Part shown: one piece after another, positions 17,422 to 27,044 of the stretch | Numbering within the stretch: position 1 is the first letter of the stretch | Layout of the letters: every line of letters begins with the position of its first letter | Origin: a virus | Taxonomy: Duplodnaviria; Caudoviricetes | Direction: 5' to 3' (one strand) | DNA length: 29,984 bases | IMG/VR virus record: IMGVR_UViG_3300032216_000330 | Span: 1 to 29,984 of that record | Notes under the pieces: model-generated | What the model was told of the DNA's origin: nothing | Seen by the model: the letters and a program-made list of their open reading frames with translations, nothing else | The model's database searches: none | Translations under genes and position numbers: made by a program

Positions 17422-18165
17422 CTAAGCCATTGAAAGTTCTAACATTTTCATCACTTCGATGCCTTCATCAGACTTCAAATATAATGTTACTGCCTCATAC
17501 GGGTCTTCCCCAAAAGCAATAGACATCATCTTCTTCTTGTTGGTTGGTGTATTAAACCATACTTCTTTCTCGTTGTTTCTAAACTGCAATAGTTTATTAT
17601 CAAAGAACTGACGCACTTTATCTTGGAATTTAAGCATCGGGTCGTTGATAATGTTTAAAAAGTCAACAGGATTGTTTTTAGCAAATACCAATATATCTCG
17701 TTTTAACTCAGCCGTAGATATTGTTGATGGGTCTTTACCAAACATTACACGAGTAACTGTCTCAAGTTGTTCAATACTTAACTGACGAGCTTCAATTAAA
17801 GCATCTACTTCATAGTTAAGATATTCCATTTCCTGAGAAGCATCTTTCTCTTTATCAACTTCTTCAAATACTACATTTCTTAATGGATGATAATATAAAA
17901 ACTCTTGTAATACAGGATTAGTTTTTGCAACTCGTAAAAAACCATCTTCAAAAATGATTGGTTCTAATACTGCATTTCCATCTTGCTCATCCTCAAAAGG
18001 AGACTTTTGATTTACACTATAACGTAGTGTGCGATTAATATTTTTTTCCTCATCAAACCATAATAATGGGAAGCGAGGATGGTTTCTTGAAGCTAATGTA
18101 TATGATAACGGATTTCCGTTTTTTAGCTTATAAACTTTGTCTGTTGGAACTATTTTTTGTTTCAT
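17422..18165 (-). CDS. Conserved-type protein downstream of the major capsid gene (247 aa), function unknown
   Basis: Clean ORF (LLWFDEEK..RTLRY..NQKSPFEDEQ; IIFEDGFL.V..NP.LQEFL..HP). It occupies the slot right after the capsid gene, as in crAss-related phages. Confidence 0.75.
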   Translation of the reverse strand: MKQKIVPTDKVYKLKNGNPLSYTLASRNHPRFPLLWFDEEKNINRTLRYSVNQKSPFEDEQDGNAVLEPIIFEDGFLRVAKTNPVLQEFLYYHPLRNVVFEEVDKEKDASQEMEYLNYEVDALIEARQLSIEQLETVTRVMFGKDPSTISTAELKRDILVFAKNNPVDFLNIINDPMLKFQDKVRQFFDNKLLQFRNNEKEVWFNTPTNKKKMMSIAFGEDPYEAVTLYLKSDEGIEVMKMLELSMA

Positions 18166-18195
18166 TTGATATGATATAATTTAAGTTTGACTTTT

Positions 18196-18228
18196 AAAAA
18201 AGGGGAGTGTACTTGAGTACACTCCACC
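18196..18228 (-). terminator. Intrinsic terminator after the major capsid gene
   Basis: Perfect 9-bp stem GGAGTGTAC/GTACACTCC (18204-18225), 4-nt loop, followed on minus by CC-T6. Confidence 0.85.
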
Positions 18229-18245
18229 TTTAAAACTAACAATAA

Positions 18246-19676
18246 TTATCCTAAACGGAATAATACGAAGTTGTTTGCACCTAAGGTACATACGCAACGC
18301 TCAGATAAGAAGTTAACCTCCATAGCATCTAAGTCGCTTGTAGAAGCACCACCGGCAGAACCTGTAATCCAAGTCTTATAGCGACGGTCTTCAGCTTCTG
18401 ATGCACGGTAACGAACGTGTAAGAAAGGACGCTTTGCGTTCTTACCCATAATTTGGTCGTAAACCGATGTAGAACCTGCCGGAACCATAATACCTGTTAC
18501 TGTTCCTACTGCTGTTGCAGCAACATTTGATAAACCACCACGCATTGTAGGGTCGTTCAAATATTTCCAATCAGACTTGTAGAAGTCATAACCACGACGG
18601 AATCCTGTGAATCCTAAGTTCAATGCCATATTGATGTCATTGTCGAATAAACCGAATGAAGCAGACTGAGCAACACCACCTGAAGTGTAACCGTTAAGAG
18701 TCGCTAACATATTGTCGATGTCAAATGAGAATCCACGATTAACGAACACTACGTTTTCTTCGATAGCTCCTTGCTTATCTAAACGTGATACGATAGTATC
18801 CCAATCAGCTAATGTAGTTGGTGTACCACCACCCCATACGTTACCACGATTGTTTACTACGTAGAAGATACCTTCTGAACCTTTGTATCCAAGACCTACA
18901 GCTCCTGAACCTGTTGCAGCCGGTACAGCCTCAATCATAGCAGTCTCTAAGTAATCTTCAAAACGAAGACGAGTCTCGTGCTCTGACTTTAAGTACCATA
19001 AGTATCCTGTAGCACCATTCTCAGTTGTTACTTCTACCCAACCGATTTGAGCCATATCAGAACCATTAACAGCGTACTTGTCTTTGATGATGATTGGAGA
19101 GTTAGAGAAGATATCATCTTCACCTTCCAATGAACCAACCATTCCGTTAGTACCTTTCTTAAATTCTGAACCATAGATGAATACAGTAAACTGAGCATTA
19201 CCTGCACCTGTACCTGCCACTGCAAGACCACCTGTTTCGTAGAAAGCAACAGTGAATGTAGTAGAAGTAGGAACTGCTGTAACGATTGCTTTATTGTAAA
19301 CACCTGTAGCGTTTCCTTGAATCATTACTGTTTGACCAACACGGATAGCTACGTAAGTAACTCCTGTGTCATTTACTTGGAATGTTGCAGTAGAAGCTGC
19401 TGCTGCTGCTGCTGTTCCTACGCTTACATATTTAATATGCAAACGTCCTTGTTCTGCCCATTTAATTTGGTCAGAGTTTGAAGGCATCTCTGCTCCTACC
19501 ATACGTAAGAAAGATGCGATTGTACGATTACCATAACGCTCAAATTCTTTCTCGTATGTATCAGGAAGATACTGATTTAAGAAATTGAAGTTAGTAATGT
19601 AGTTTGTCTGCAATGCTACTTGCTCAGGAGCAGGTTGCAAAGCATAATTTGGCGTGGATAATAATGCTGAAGCCAT
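18246..19676 (-). CDS. Major capsid protein (476 aa, HK97-fold inferred)
   Basis: Follows portal and scaffold and is followed by a strong terminator. It shows highly expressed-type codon bias (TTC/AAC/TAC/CGT) and motifs QYLPDTYEKEFERYGNRT, IKWAEQGRLH, YGSEFKKG and LNLGFTGFRRGYDFYK. Confidence 0.88.
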   Translation of the reverse strand: MASALLSTPNYALQPAPEQVALQTNYITNFNFLNQYLPDTYEKEFERYGNRTIASFLRMVGAEMPSNSDQIKWAEQGRLHIKYVSVGTAAAAAASTATFQVNDTGVTYVAIRVGQTVMIQGNATGVYNKAIVTAVPTSTTFTVAFYETGGLAVAGTGAGNAQFTVFIYGSEFKKGTNGMVGSLEGEDDIFSNSPIIIKDKYAVNGSDMAQIGWVEVTTENGATGYLWYLKSEHETRLRFEDYLETAMIEAVPAATGSGAVGLGYKGSEGIFYVVNNRGNVWGGGTPTTLADWDTIVSRLDKQGAIEENVVFVNRGFSFDIDNMLATLNGYTSGGVAQSASFGLFDNDINMALNLGFTGFRRGYDFYKSDWKYLNDPTMRGGLSNVAATAVGTVTGIMVPAGSTSVYDQIMGKNAKRPFLHVRYRASEAEDRRYKTWITGSAGGASTSDLDAMEVNFLSERCVCTLGANNFVLFRLG

Positions 19677-19700
19677 TTTGTTTTTTAAGTTTTAAGTTGT

Positions 19701-20789
19701 TTATATTCGTTTCGCACTGCGAATTTTTAAGTTTCTGCCGGAGTCAGGATTCACAGACCTAACCTGAAAACCGTCAGTTGACTTAGTAACTTCCGGTGCT
19801 CTGCGTTCAGACATATTAATGTTCTTAGTCTTACGCATTACATCTTCCGTTGCATCAGCCAAACCCTGCTCGTAGAAGTATTTTGCAAACTTCTCAGGGT
19901 TCATCGCTACTGCTAAAGACCTATGGTATCCTGCTGCGTCTTTCATTAATCCATTCTCATCCAAAAATCTATTAATAAAGTTTGATGGATTTGATTGGAG
20001 TTTCTTTAACTCAGCAGCATCCGAAGGAGCGAAAGCAATCTTTTTGTCGTTGATATTAAATTCAAAACCTTTGAATCCTCCATCAAAAACTTCGTTTGTC
20101 TTCTGCTCAAACCAATTTCTCTTACGGTTGTTTTCTTCTTCTACGGTCTTAGCCTCACTAAGATATTGCTTATACAATTCATACTGCTCTTTCTCTTCAT
20201 TAGAAACTGATGGTCCACTTGACTCAAGCGGCATCTTGTATTTCTCTTTCTGAGTGTTGAAGTATTTCTTTGCTTCAGCAACAGCTTTCTTTTTTGCAAT
20301 CTTTACTTTCTTTACCGTTGACTCATCATCAAGGTCCTCATCGTATCGGTAATCATCCAACATTACATCTACATCTTCTTCGTCGATACCTTCTTGAGTA
20401 GAAAGCAAGTAATTTTTTAATAAATCATCCGAGTCCATTGAATCGTAGTCCTTGTTTAATTTAAGGAAGTCATCAAATCCTCTGCCTGTTTCTTTCTTAT
20501 ATTTAAGATAGGCAGCTACATCTTCAGGTAACTGTTCAGATTCTTTACGTTCAGCCATTAACTCATCGAATGAGCTAATTTGCTTATTGTATCTTTTTCC
20601 AATATATGAAAGAACGTCTTCTTCTTTTAATTCCACAGGTTGCTCTTGTGGTATTATTTCTTGTGGTTGCTCTGCTACTACTTCAGGAGTTTCATTATTC
20701 ATTTCCTGCTCGTGTTTTTCAAGCAACGCTTTTTCTACTTCTTGGACACTTTTTGGTTCAGTGTCTAATGCTCTTACTTTAAATTCCAT
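19701..20789 (-). CDS. Capsid scaffolding protein (362 aa)
   Basis: Very acidic low-complexity N-terminus, helical core and basic C-terminal tip (NLKIRSAKRI). It lies between portal and capsid. Confidence 0.75.
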   Translation of the reverse strand: MEFKVRALDTEPKSVQEVEKALLEKHEQEMNNETPEVVAEQPQEIIPQEQPVELKEEDVLSYIGKRYNKQISSFDELMAERKESEQLPEDVAAYLKYKKETGRGFDDFLKLNKDYDSMDSDDLLKNYLLSTQEGIDEEDVDVMLDDYRYDEDLDDESTVKKVKIAKKKAVAEAKKYFNTQKEKYKMPLESSGPSVSNEEKEQYELYKQYLSEAKTVEEENNRKRNWFEQKTNEVFDGGFKGFEFNINDKKIAFAPSDAAELKKLQSNPSNFINRFLDENGLMKDAAGYHRSLAVAMNPEKFAKYFYEQGLADATEDVMRKTKNINMSERRAPEVTKSTDGFQVRSVNPDSGRNLKIRSAKRI

Positions 20790-20808
20790 TTGATTTAATT
20801 TTAGTTTG

Positions 20809-20820
20809 TTACAAATTTAT
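20809..20820 (-). promoter_or_regulatory. Bacteroidota -7 promoter element (ATAAATTTGTAA) upstream of scaffold-capsid
   Basis: TAnnTTTG at 20812-20819 in the 49-nt intergenic gap. It matches the other two sites at 11/12 positions. Confidence 0.7.
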
Positions 20821-20838
20821 GTAATATTTTTAAATGTT

Positions 20839-23277
20839 TTATCGAGGCTCAAATTCACCTAAATCAAAACCATCTAAACTGTCTTCATTAGATTCAAAGT
20901 TTAATGGAGGTAAATTATTCTTGCGTTGATTAATTAATTTTGACTGCTGCGTATTTTGAAGGCTGATACGGTCTTTCTTTGCTTTCTCCTTTTCTTGCTC
21001 TGTTTGATTTTTCTTAGTTTCTTTTACACCATTCAACTGCATATTGTAATTAAATTCTTCAGCCATTAATTGTCTCTTTAATTCAGCCTCTACTTTCATC
21101 TTCTCAATCTCATAAGATATCTCAGCTTGTTTCACCTGCATCTTCATCTGACCTTCTGCTTGGATACTCTGCATTGCTGTCTGTCCTGCTAACTCCTGAG
21201 ACTTTAATTGCTGTTGAGAAACCATAGCTTGTTTCTGCATCTCCATCTTCTCTTCTCTATCTTGCTTCTGCGTTCTCTTTAACTTCAATAGCTGATTAGC
21301 AAGTTTGATGTTTTTAATCTCACGGATGTCAATAGCATCTTCAAGGTTAATGTCTCCTTTCGATAACGCCATCTGAATGTTTGCTTCAAGTTGTGCTTTC
21401 TGCTCTTCATCAGGTGATACTTCAACAAAGATTCCAAAGTCATAAATGTATAGGTCCTTAATTTCATTAAGAATAGATACATTGTATTTACCAATTCTAT
21501 TAGCAAAGTCATCTTTAAAGTCAGAATACTCAAGAATATCACTAATCCTATAAGTCAATGCTTCTGCTAATGTTCTATAAATAAATAATCCTGACTCAAG
21601 GATATGACGAGTCGCTGTATTTGAATTTAATGCTGCTAACTTCTGAACACCAACTAATGAGTTCGGGTCAGGCATACTGCCATCTCTCGCTTCATTTAAG
21701 CCTGTTACAGAACGAATCATATCTAAGTAATGATTATAGTTCGTTATTAGCATTTGTGTCTTAGAAGCTCCCGAATTTGATGTAAGCTGCGTAATAGGAA
21801 CACGAGCATTGTTAAACTCACCATCCTGCGTAAAGCTACGTCCAATAACACTACCTGTTTGGAAGTATAATCGTAAAGCATCTTCGGGATTATAAGCGTT
21901 TCCTGTTCCTAAGTCAACTTCATTCAAACCATCAGCATCAATAAATACTCCATCAGGAACTATCCTTGCAATTACTTGCTGTAACTTTAAGTGTGTAATT
22001 TGAATTAAGTCAGCAAAAGGAATCATTCTTCTTACTAACGATTCAATAACTCCTTTATACATACGAGGAGCACAAGCCACATAGTTTGGTATAGCGTGTT
22101 GAGATGAAGACTTAGGACGAACCATATTCTGAGACATCTCCCACTTTAATAGGATATTAGTTCCCATTACCATTACGCCTTCATACCAAACATCAATCGT
22201 CTTTTCAATCTTTTCAAAACGTCCTTCTTCCATCATCTCTGTTGGTGGATTGAAAGTTTCGTCTTTCTCTATTACTCTTGTTCCTCCGTTGTCAAGGATT
22301 TTTTTCTTGTAAACAAACTTCTTTGTAGTCTTATAATTAAAATACATAAGAGTACAAGTATCACGATGGAATAAGCTGTTTTGATAGAATTGTGCAACAT
22401 TATAATAATCATACCATCCTTGACTATACATTGTAATTTCTTGTAAGTCTTCTTTTGTCAGTGATGGATTTATTTTTAAAACCTCTGTAACAGGAACAGT
22501 CTTAATCTCCCCCCAATAAAAACAATCTCTAAAGTATGGGTCTTCTGTATAACTATAAACTACATTAGCAGGGTCAACATAAGAAACTTTTATTCCTGAA
22601 CCCGGCAAGAACTCGTGCTTTGCAACAGCAATACCTAATACCGTCATATCATAATCAAGACGCTTACGAGTATCTTGATAATGGTTTTCATCAAAGATTG
22701 TATTGATAGCTTCTTCTTCTGCAATCTCAATAGCAGGTTTGTAGTTTAACTGCATATATAAAGAAAGTTCTTCGTCTGTATTTGGAAGTTCTTCTTCTTT
22801 TGAAACATAGGGATTGATGCCTGACTGCTCTTTGATAATATTTAATACAGGCTTTGCAACCATCTCCGATTCAATCAAGTCTTGATACTTACTTCTCTTA
22901 GCTTGAGACATTGCATCTTGAGCGTATGTCTTTACTTTAAACAATCGGTCTGACATACCATTAACTACTACATCAACAAATTTTGGAAGGATAGGAACAG
23001 GTGTCCAATCTAAATTCAAGTAAGATAAGTCTCCATCAATAGCTAATTCATTCTTATACTTCCCAACAGGCTGCTCTCCACGTGCGTATAAACGAACGTG
23101 ATGAAAGTCTCTCCATTGTGCATAATACCTACACGATGTTCCGTCCTTTCTGAACCACTCATACTGAATAGCTTGACCTACTTGCAAACCAAATTGCTCC
23201 GATGCTTTCTCTGCATCTGAAGCCATTTGACTTGGAAAGGTCGTAGTGAATATTTCTATTTGTATATCTTTCTTCAT
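20839..23277 (-). CDS. Portal protein (812 aa)
   Basis: Directly after the terminase (ATGA overlap). P.LPKFVDVVVNG and I..VTGLNEARDG motifs plus a long Gln/Glu/Lys coiled-coil C-terminal barrel typical of podovirus portals. Confidence 0.88.
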   Translation of the reverse strand: MKKDIQIEIFTTTFPSQMASDAEKASEQFGLQVGQAIQYEWFRKDGTSCRYYAQWRDFHHVRLYARGEQPVGKYKNELAIDGDLSYLNLDWTPVPILPKFVDVVVNGMSDRLFKVKTYAQDAMSQAKRSKYQDLIESEMVAKPVLNIIKEQSGINPYVSKEEELPNTDEELSLYMQLNYKPAIEIAEEEAINTIFDENHYQDTRKRLDYDMTVLGIAVAKHEFLPGSGIKVSYVDPANVVYSYTEDPYFRDCFYWGEIKTVPVTEVLKINPSLTKEDLQEITMYSQGWYDYYNVAQFYQNSLFHRDTCTLMYFNYKTTKKFVYKKKILDNGGTRVIEKDETFNPPTEMMEEGRFEKIEKTIDVWYEGVMVMGTNILLKWEMSQNMVRPKSSSQHAIPNYVACAPRMYKGVIESLVRRMIPFADLIQITHLKLQQVIARIVPDGVFIDADGLNEVDLGTGNAYNPEDALRLYFQTGSVIGRSFTQDGEFNNARVPITQLTSNSGASKTQMLITNYNHYLDMIRSVTGLNEARDGSMPDPNSLVGVQKLAALNSNTATRHILESGLFIYRTLAEALTYRISDILEYSDFKDDFANRIGKYNVSILNEIKDLYIYDFGIFVEVSPDEEQKAQLEANIQMALSKGDINLEDAIDIREIKNIKLANQLLKLKRTQKQDREEKMEMQKQAMVSQQQLKSQELAGQTAMQSIQAEGQMKMQVKQAEISYEIEKMKVEAELKRQLMAEEFNYNMQLNGVKETKKNQTEQEKEKAKKDRISLQNTQQSKLINQRKNNLPPLNFESNEDSLDGFDLGEFEPR

Positions 23278-25520
23278 TGAATTATTTGACTTATATTTCC
23301 ATCATTACTGTATCTTGCGAAGTTAATACTTATTTTCGATTCTTTTTTCTCAGGTACATAGAGGTGTTTTTGATTCGCCATTATCGCTAATCCCGAACTA
23401 ATAGCAGCATCATACATTGTTCTATTATCAATCTCAAACTTAGCCCAATTCTCTAACGTCCTAATGAACGGCATAGTGCCCATCTCATCCGATGGTCTAT
23501 ACGTATTGGCTAAATCCAATCCTACGTACTTCTCTATATAAGATTCTATCGCTGATGCGTGTGCTTGTTTTACATCTTCTGATGAGTTTGGAATACCTCC
23601 AAGCTCTCTCTCAGTCTTTGATAACTTTGCATACGTCTTATCAGGTCTGTTCAAAGAGAATCCTCTGTATCCTCTATTCTTAAAATGATACAATAAACGA
23701 GGTTTATTATTCTCTGCTAATATTGGCATACCATAAAATACACACGCCATCAGTACATCTTCAAAAAATATCTCTGCTGTCTGTGGTCGTGCTATATATT
23801 CTAAGAAAAATTCATTCACAGGACCTTCTTCCACGTGGAACTTAGTCATACCGTGCAACGCTCCATTAGAACCTCTGCCTCCCACTACTGCTGATATATC
23901 ATACGGGTCACAACCGAACGCTCCGATATGCTCATTGCCGGGATAGAACAATCCATTCTTTTCAAAAAACCTGTTCTGAAGGTGTGCCGGTGGTAGCCAA
24001 CTAACAATAAACCTTCCATTCTTCTCAGGACTCCATACTACCTTCGTATCCTTCTCACCATCCTTCCAATGGAAGTTTCCACGAGTAAGGTAATGCTCCT
24101 TAATCATAGAGTCATTATAGTCTATCTGTTGATATATCTTGGTAAGATTGAATAATGACTGCTTACTTTCATCTCTGAAAGCGTGAGACTCCGTTCTTGG
24201 GAACTGACGGTAAAATTCATTTAATGCATCGGAGTCACTCTTGAGTGAATCAACCTCTGCCTCCCAATAATCAACAGCACCATTAGAAATCATCTGCCCA
24301 TCGACACCTTTTACAGCTTCTTTTGGTTTTCTTAGCACAGGCATCCCATAAATGTCTATGAATCCCTCCATATTCCACTCCATAGGAATGAATAATGCAT
24401 ACATCCCACTCTTGGTCTGCCCATTGGCGTTGCGAATACTCACTTTTGAGTCTTCATATAGCTTTTTGAAGTTATCTCCTCCCTTGCTCAACGCATTTGA
24501 AGTCGAACCCATCATACATTTTCCAATAATCTTGCTACCTAAACGCAAACACGTCTTGGTAACACGCCAATTATTCAAGATATTGTTGGGCTTCATCCAT
24601 TTTCCACTCTCGTCGTGGGCTAATAGGACCAATTTCTCCCCATCATAAGAGTTTTCTTCTGTATTCTTCCAATCTATGGTAGTATCCAAACCATCATACT
24701 CATTAGATGCTACTTCGTGCATATTTTTCTTAGTAATCTTGGAAGCAGGTACACGAAATGCTAACTCCGTCTTCGGTTTATCCATACCATCCATAATTGG
24801 TTTGAAGAAAAACGGTAGTTTGCTGTTGATTGGTACGACCTTATCGGTAAACATCTTCTTAGCATCAGCTCCCGTCTTGGATAATATACCAATACGAGCA
24901 TCACGAACGATAGTTCCGGTATTTACACACTCAGCAGATGACATAAAAGAGAACCCTGAACGACGAATCTTGAGATATATCATCCCAAAACTACGCAGGT
25001 CAGCCTTACAAGCCTCCCAAAAAATAAAAAATATCCTATTTGCCTCTCGGTAATCGGGATATCCTACGTCAATACTTGACCATTGGAGATACATATAGTG
25101 AGAACCTGTAACATAAGTAGGTTCTCCTGCGTTCATAAACCAAAATCCTTCGTCTCTGTAGTCAAATTCTTTTTCAATATAGTCCACCCACTGAGATTTA
25201 AACGCTGACGGCATCACATTCCATTGGAAAATAGACTGTATCTTGCTTAATTCTTTAGGTAATGGTCTTCTTTCCCAATACTGTTCACTCTTGATATGAT
25301 TCCTTTTATAGACATCATCGGGAACAGCAGGTAAAGCAATCAATAGTCCTGATATGTTTACTATCTGACCTATCTGTCCATTCTTAGAAATGACCACCAT
25401 ATCATACTTATCATTATATCCATAATGCCAAGTCCTCCCCTTATTCTTACTTTTGATAATATTTAAAGGGACGTGGTTATTTACAACCGAGTATATACTA
25501 TTTTGACCTTCTTTCAGCAA
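23274..25520 (-). CDS. terL: Terminase large subunit (748 aa; start codon uncertain)
   Basis: Variant Walker A YLKIRRSGFS, Walker B LLAHDESGK, motif III MGSTSN and RNase H-like nuclease AFGCDPYD...ILAENNK...YDAAISSG. Confidence 0.92.
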   Translation of the reverse strand: MLKEGQNSIYSVVNNHVPLNIIKSKNKGRTWHYGYNDKYDMVVISKNGQIGQIVNISGLLIALPAVPDDVYKRNHIKSEQYWERRPLPKELSKIQSIFQWNVMPSAFKSQWVDYIEKEFDYRDEGFWFMNAGEPTYVTGSHYMYLQWSSIDVGYPDYREANRIFFIFWEACKADLRSFGMIYLKIRRSGFSFMSSAECVNTGTIVRDARIGILSKTGADAKKMFTDKVVPINSKLPFFFKPIMDGMDKPKTELAFRVPASKITKKNMHEVASNEYDGLDTTIDWKNTEENSYDGEKLVLLAHDESGKWMKPNNILNNWRVTKTCLRLGSKIIGKCMMGSTSNALSKGGDNFKKLYEDSKVSIRNANGQTKSGMYALFIPMEWNMEGFIDIYGMPVLRKPKEAVKGVDGQMISNGAVDYWEAEVDSLKSDSDALNEFYRQFPRTESHAFRDESKQSLFNLTKIYQQIDYNDSMIKEHYLTRGNFHWKDGEKDTKVVWSPEKNGRFIVSWLPPAHLQNRFFEKNGLFYPGNEHIGAFGCDPYDISAVVGGRGSNGALHGMTKFHVEEGPVNEFFLEYIARPQTAEIFFEDVLMACVFYGMPILAENNKPRLLYHFKNRGYRGFSLNRPDKTYAKLSKTERELGGIPNSSEDVKQAHASAIESYIEKYVGLDLANTYRPSDEMGTMPFIRTLENWAKFEIDNRTMYDAAISSGLAIMANQKHLYVPEKKESKISINFARYSNDGNISQIIQ
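23316..23326 (-). promoter_or_regulatory. Possible -7 element variant (TAACTTCGCA) inside the terL 3' end, upstream of portal
   Basis: One mismatch to TAnnTTTG, 40 nt before the portal ATG. Confidence 0.3.
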
Positions 25521-25782
25521 ATCCTTGTATTGATTCTATCTTGTTAGGTGCACTATTGCTTGTATCGAGGTTTTCTTTTTCAGCCTCTATCCTTCCTAAT
25601 ATCTCAAATGCATCGAAGATGGCTAACTTTTTTGTAGCCGCAGCGTTTTTTAACTTATCGGCTGCTAACTCATCATCAGCATTTGGCTTGATAATATCTT
25701 CCTTAGCAACCTTTATCAGTTGCTCAACAGCTTCATATCCTGCTGCTATAATTCTTTCTTTAATCTCCTTCGTACTCTTCAT
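25498..25782 (-). CDS. Small helical protein, candidate terminase small subunit (94 aa)
   Basis: Two long amphipathic helices, immediately upstream of and overlapping terL. The assignment is positional. Confidence 0.55.
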   Translation of the reverse strand: MKSTKEIKERIIAAGYEAVEQLIKVAKEDIIKPNADDELAADKLKNAAATKKLAIFDAFEILGRIEAEKENLDTSNSAPNKIESIQGFAERRSK

Positions 25783-26257
25783 CAGGAATGTATTTTAAAA
25801 ATATAACTTGTATCAATCTTGAAGAGTCTCCCTGTCCAAAGTTTTGATAAATGTTTCGTGAGTGAGGCATATTAGACTCAAAGCCAAACATTCTATTATA
25901 CTTTGAGTAAGCGGTCATCGCTATGCTGCCGTCCTCTTCATATATTGTTGTTCCATCCTCTTTCGGATGTTCTTTATTAAGGTATAGTATCAACGTCACA
26001 TCTCCCATCATCTCATCACTATGGATGAAGTTAGGTTCTTCTTGACCCATTGGCGACTTGCGAACAAAATTGTAAACAACAACAAACTCAGGAAAGTATT
26101 GCGTAGCGAATCGAGCAAACTCATCATCATACGGTCTTTGTTGTATCCCTTTGAATAACTGCTCTCCTACCTGAATATCATAGAAGTCATTCTTTAAAAT
26201 CCTTTCTACATAAGTATCAGGATTCTTAATGACATTATCCATTAGGATTATATTCAT
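25760..26257 (-). CDS. 2OG-Fe(II) oxygenase superfamily protein (165 aa)
   Basis: HxD (FIHSD), TLILYLN..GT, YNR..F....HSR distal His and terminal RL.QV.F Arg: the full metal/2-oxoglutarate motif set. Confidence 0.8.
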   Translation of the reverse strand: MNIILMDNVIKNPDTYVERILKNDFYDIQVGEQLFKGIQQRPYDDEFARFATQYFPEFVVVYNFVRKSPMGQEEPNFIHSDEMMGDVTLILYLNKEHPKEDGTTIYEEDGSIAMTAYSKYNRMFGFESNMPHSRNIYQNFGQGDSSRLIQVIFLKYIPDEEYEGD

Positions 26258-26817
26258 AGTTTGATTGTTATTTGATGGTCAAACATTCGATATAACTTCT
26301 CTCCATCAACCGTGAACTCATATTCACTATCGGGAGCAAAGCATACTTTATCTCCTGCTTTTACACCTCTACTTATTAAGTATTCATTTGGATATTTCAT
26401 AACACCCATCAATGGTTCTTCTGAGAATGGTTTGCTGATATAGGATTCTGTTGCAGGGATAGGTTTCACGAAACAGTATTTATCGTGCGTACACCAATCA
26501 CCATCTTTCTTGTAAAGGAAGAATTGGTCCATCTCAATAAAGAACTTATCGTCCTTAAAGAAACTCTTACCACTCTTTTGTCTTCCTTTCATATCATTAT
26601 AGAATTTGAAAGCGTTGTGATGTACTAATAATGTATCTCCCGGAGCAATAGGTCCTTCGTATCCCAATGGCACTTCAATAACCTCAGCATATCTGTTGGA
26701 AAACTTATGGTCTTCCTCAGATGTGCTTACTATTAGTTCTATGCCACCTATCTCTTTTGTATTGTCGTATCGCTTTCCTTTGTTTGGTCTTGCGATGAAA
26801 TAGAATGGCGACCTCAT
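26254..26817 (-). CDS. Tandem GroES/Cpn10-like protein (187 aa)
   Basis: Two GroES-like halves: FIARP..GGIELI..AEVIEVP..IAPGDTLLV and CFVKP..GVMKY..GVKAGDKVCF..EFTVDGEKLYRM. Confidence 0.65.
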   Translation of the reverse strand: MRSPFYFIARPNKGKRYDNTKEIGGIELIVSTSEEDHKFSNRYAEVIEVPLGYEGPIAPGDTLLVHHNAFKFYNDMKGRQKSGKSFFKDDKFFIEMDQFFLYKKDGDWCTHDKYCFVKPIPATESYISKPFSEEPLMGVMKYPNEYLISRGVKAGDKVCFAPDSEYEFTVDGEKLYRMFDHQITIKL

Positions 26818-27044
26818 TAGTAATTTATATTATATTCGATTGAAATTGGTACGGTTGAGTTGAACTCTTTCCAAAGAACAACCTCTCCCTTTTGATTTAT
26901 GATATAGATTAGAATAGAGTTTTTCTCTGCGTTATACTTAATAAGATGGATTTCATTGGAGTCCCCAAGAACCTTCTGCCCTACGATGTAGTGCATAGCT
27001 CCTCCCTTGTAATCAGGACCAATGGCAATCTTTCTTATATCCAT
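26817..27044 (-). CDS. Hypothetical beta-rich protein (75 aa)
   Basis: Clean ORF coupled by 1-nt TAATG overlaps on both sides. Confidence 0.8.
   Translation of the reverse strand: MDIRKIAIGPDYKGGAMHYIVGQKVLGDSNEIHLIKYNAEKNSILIYIINQKGEVVLWKEFNSTVPISIEYNINY

Noticed and set aside
5108-21542. Same-strand alternative-frame ORFs in the track (5108-5314, 7575-7790, 9978-10169, 12399-12626, 16219-16404, 19034-19303, 21285-21542)
   Set aside because: Most have Leu/Met/Gln-rich composition typical of off-frame reading, and none has independent evidence of selection, unlike 3074-3214.
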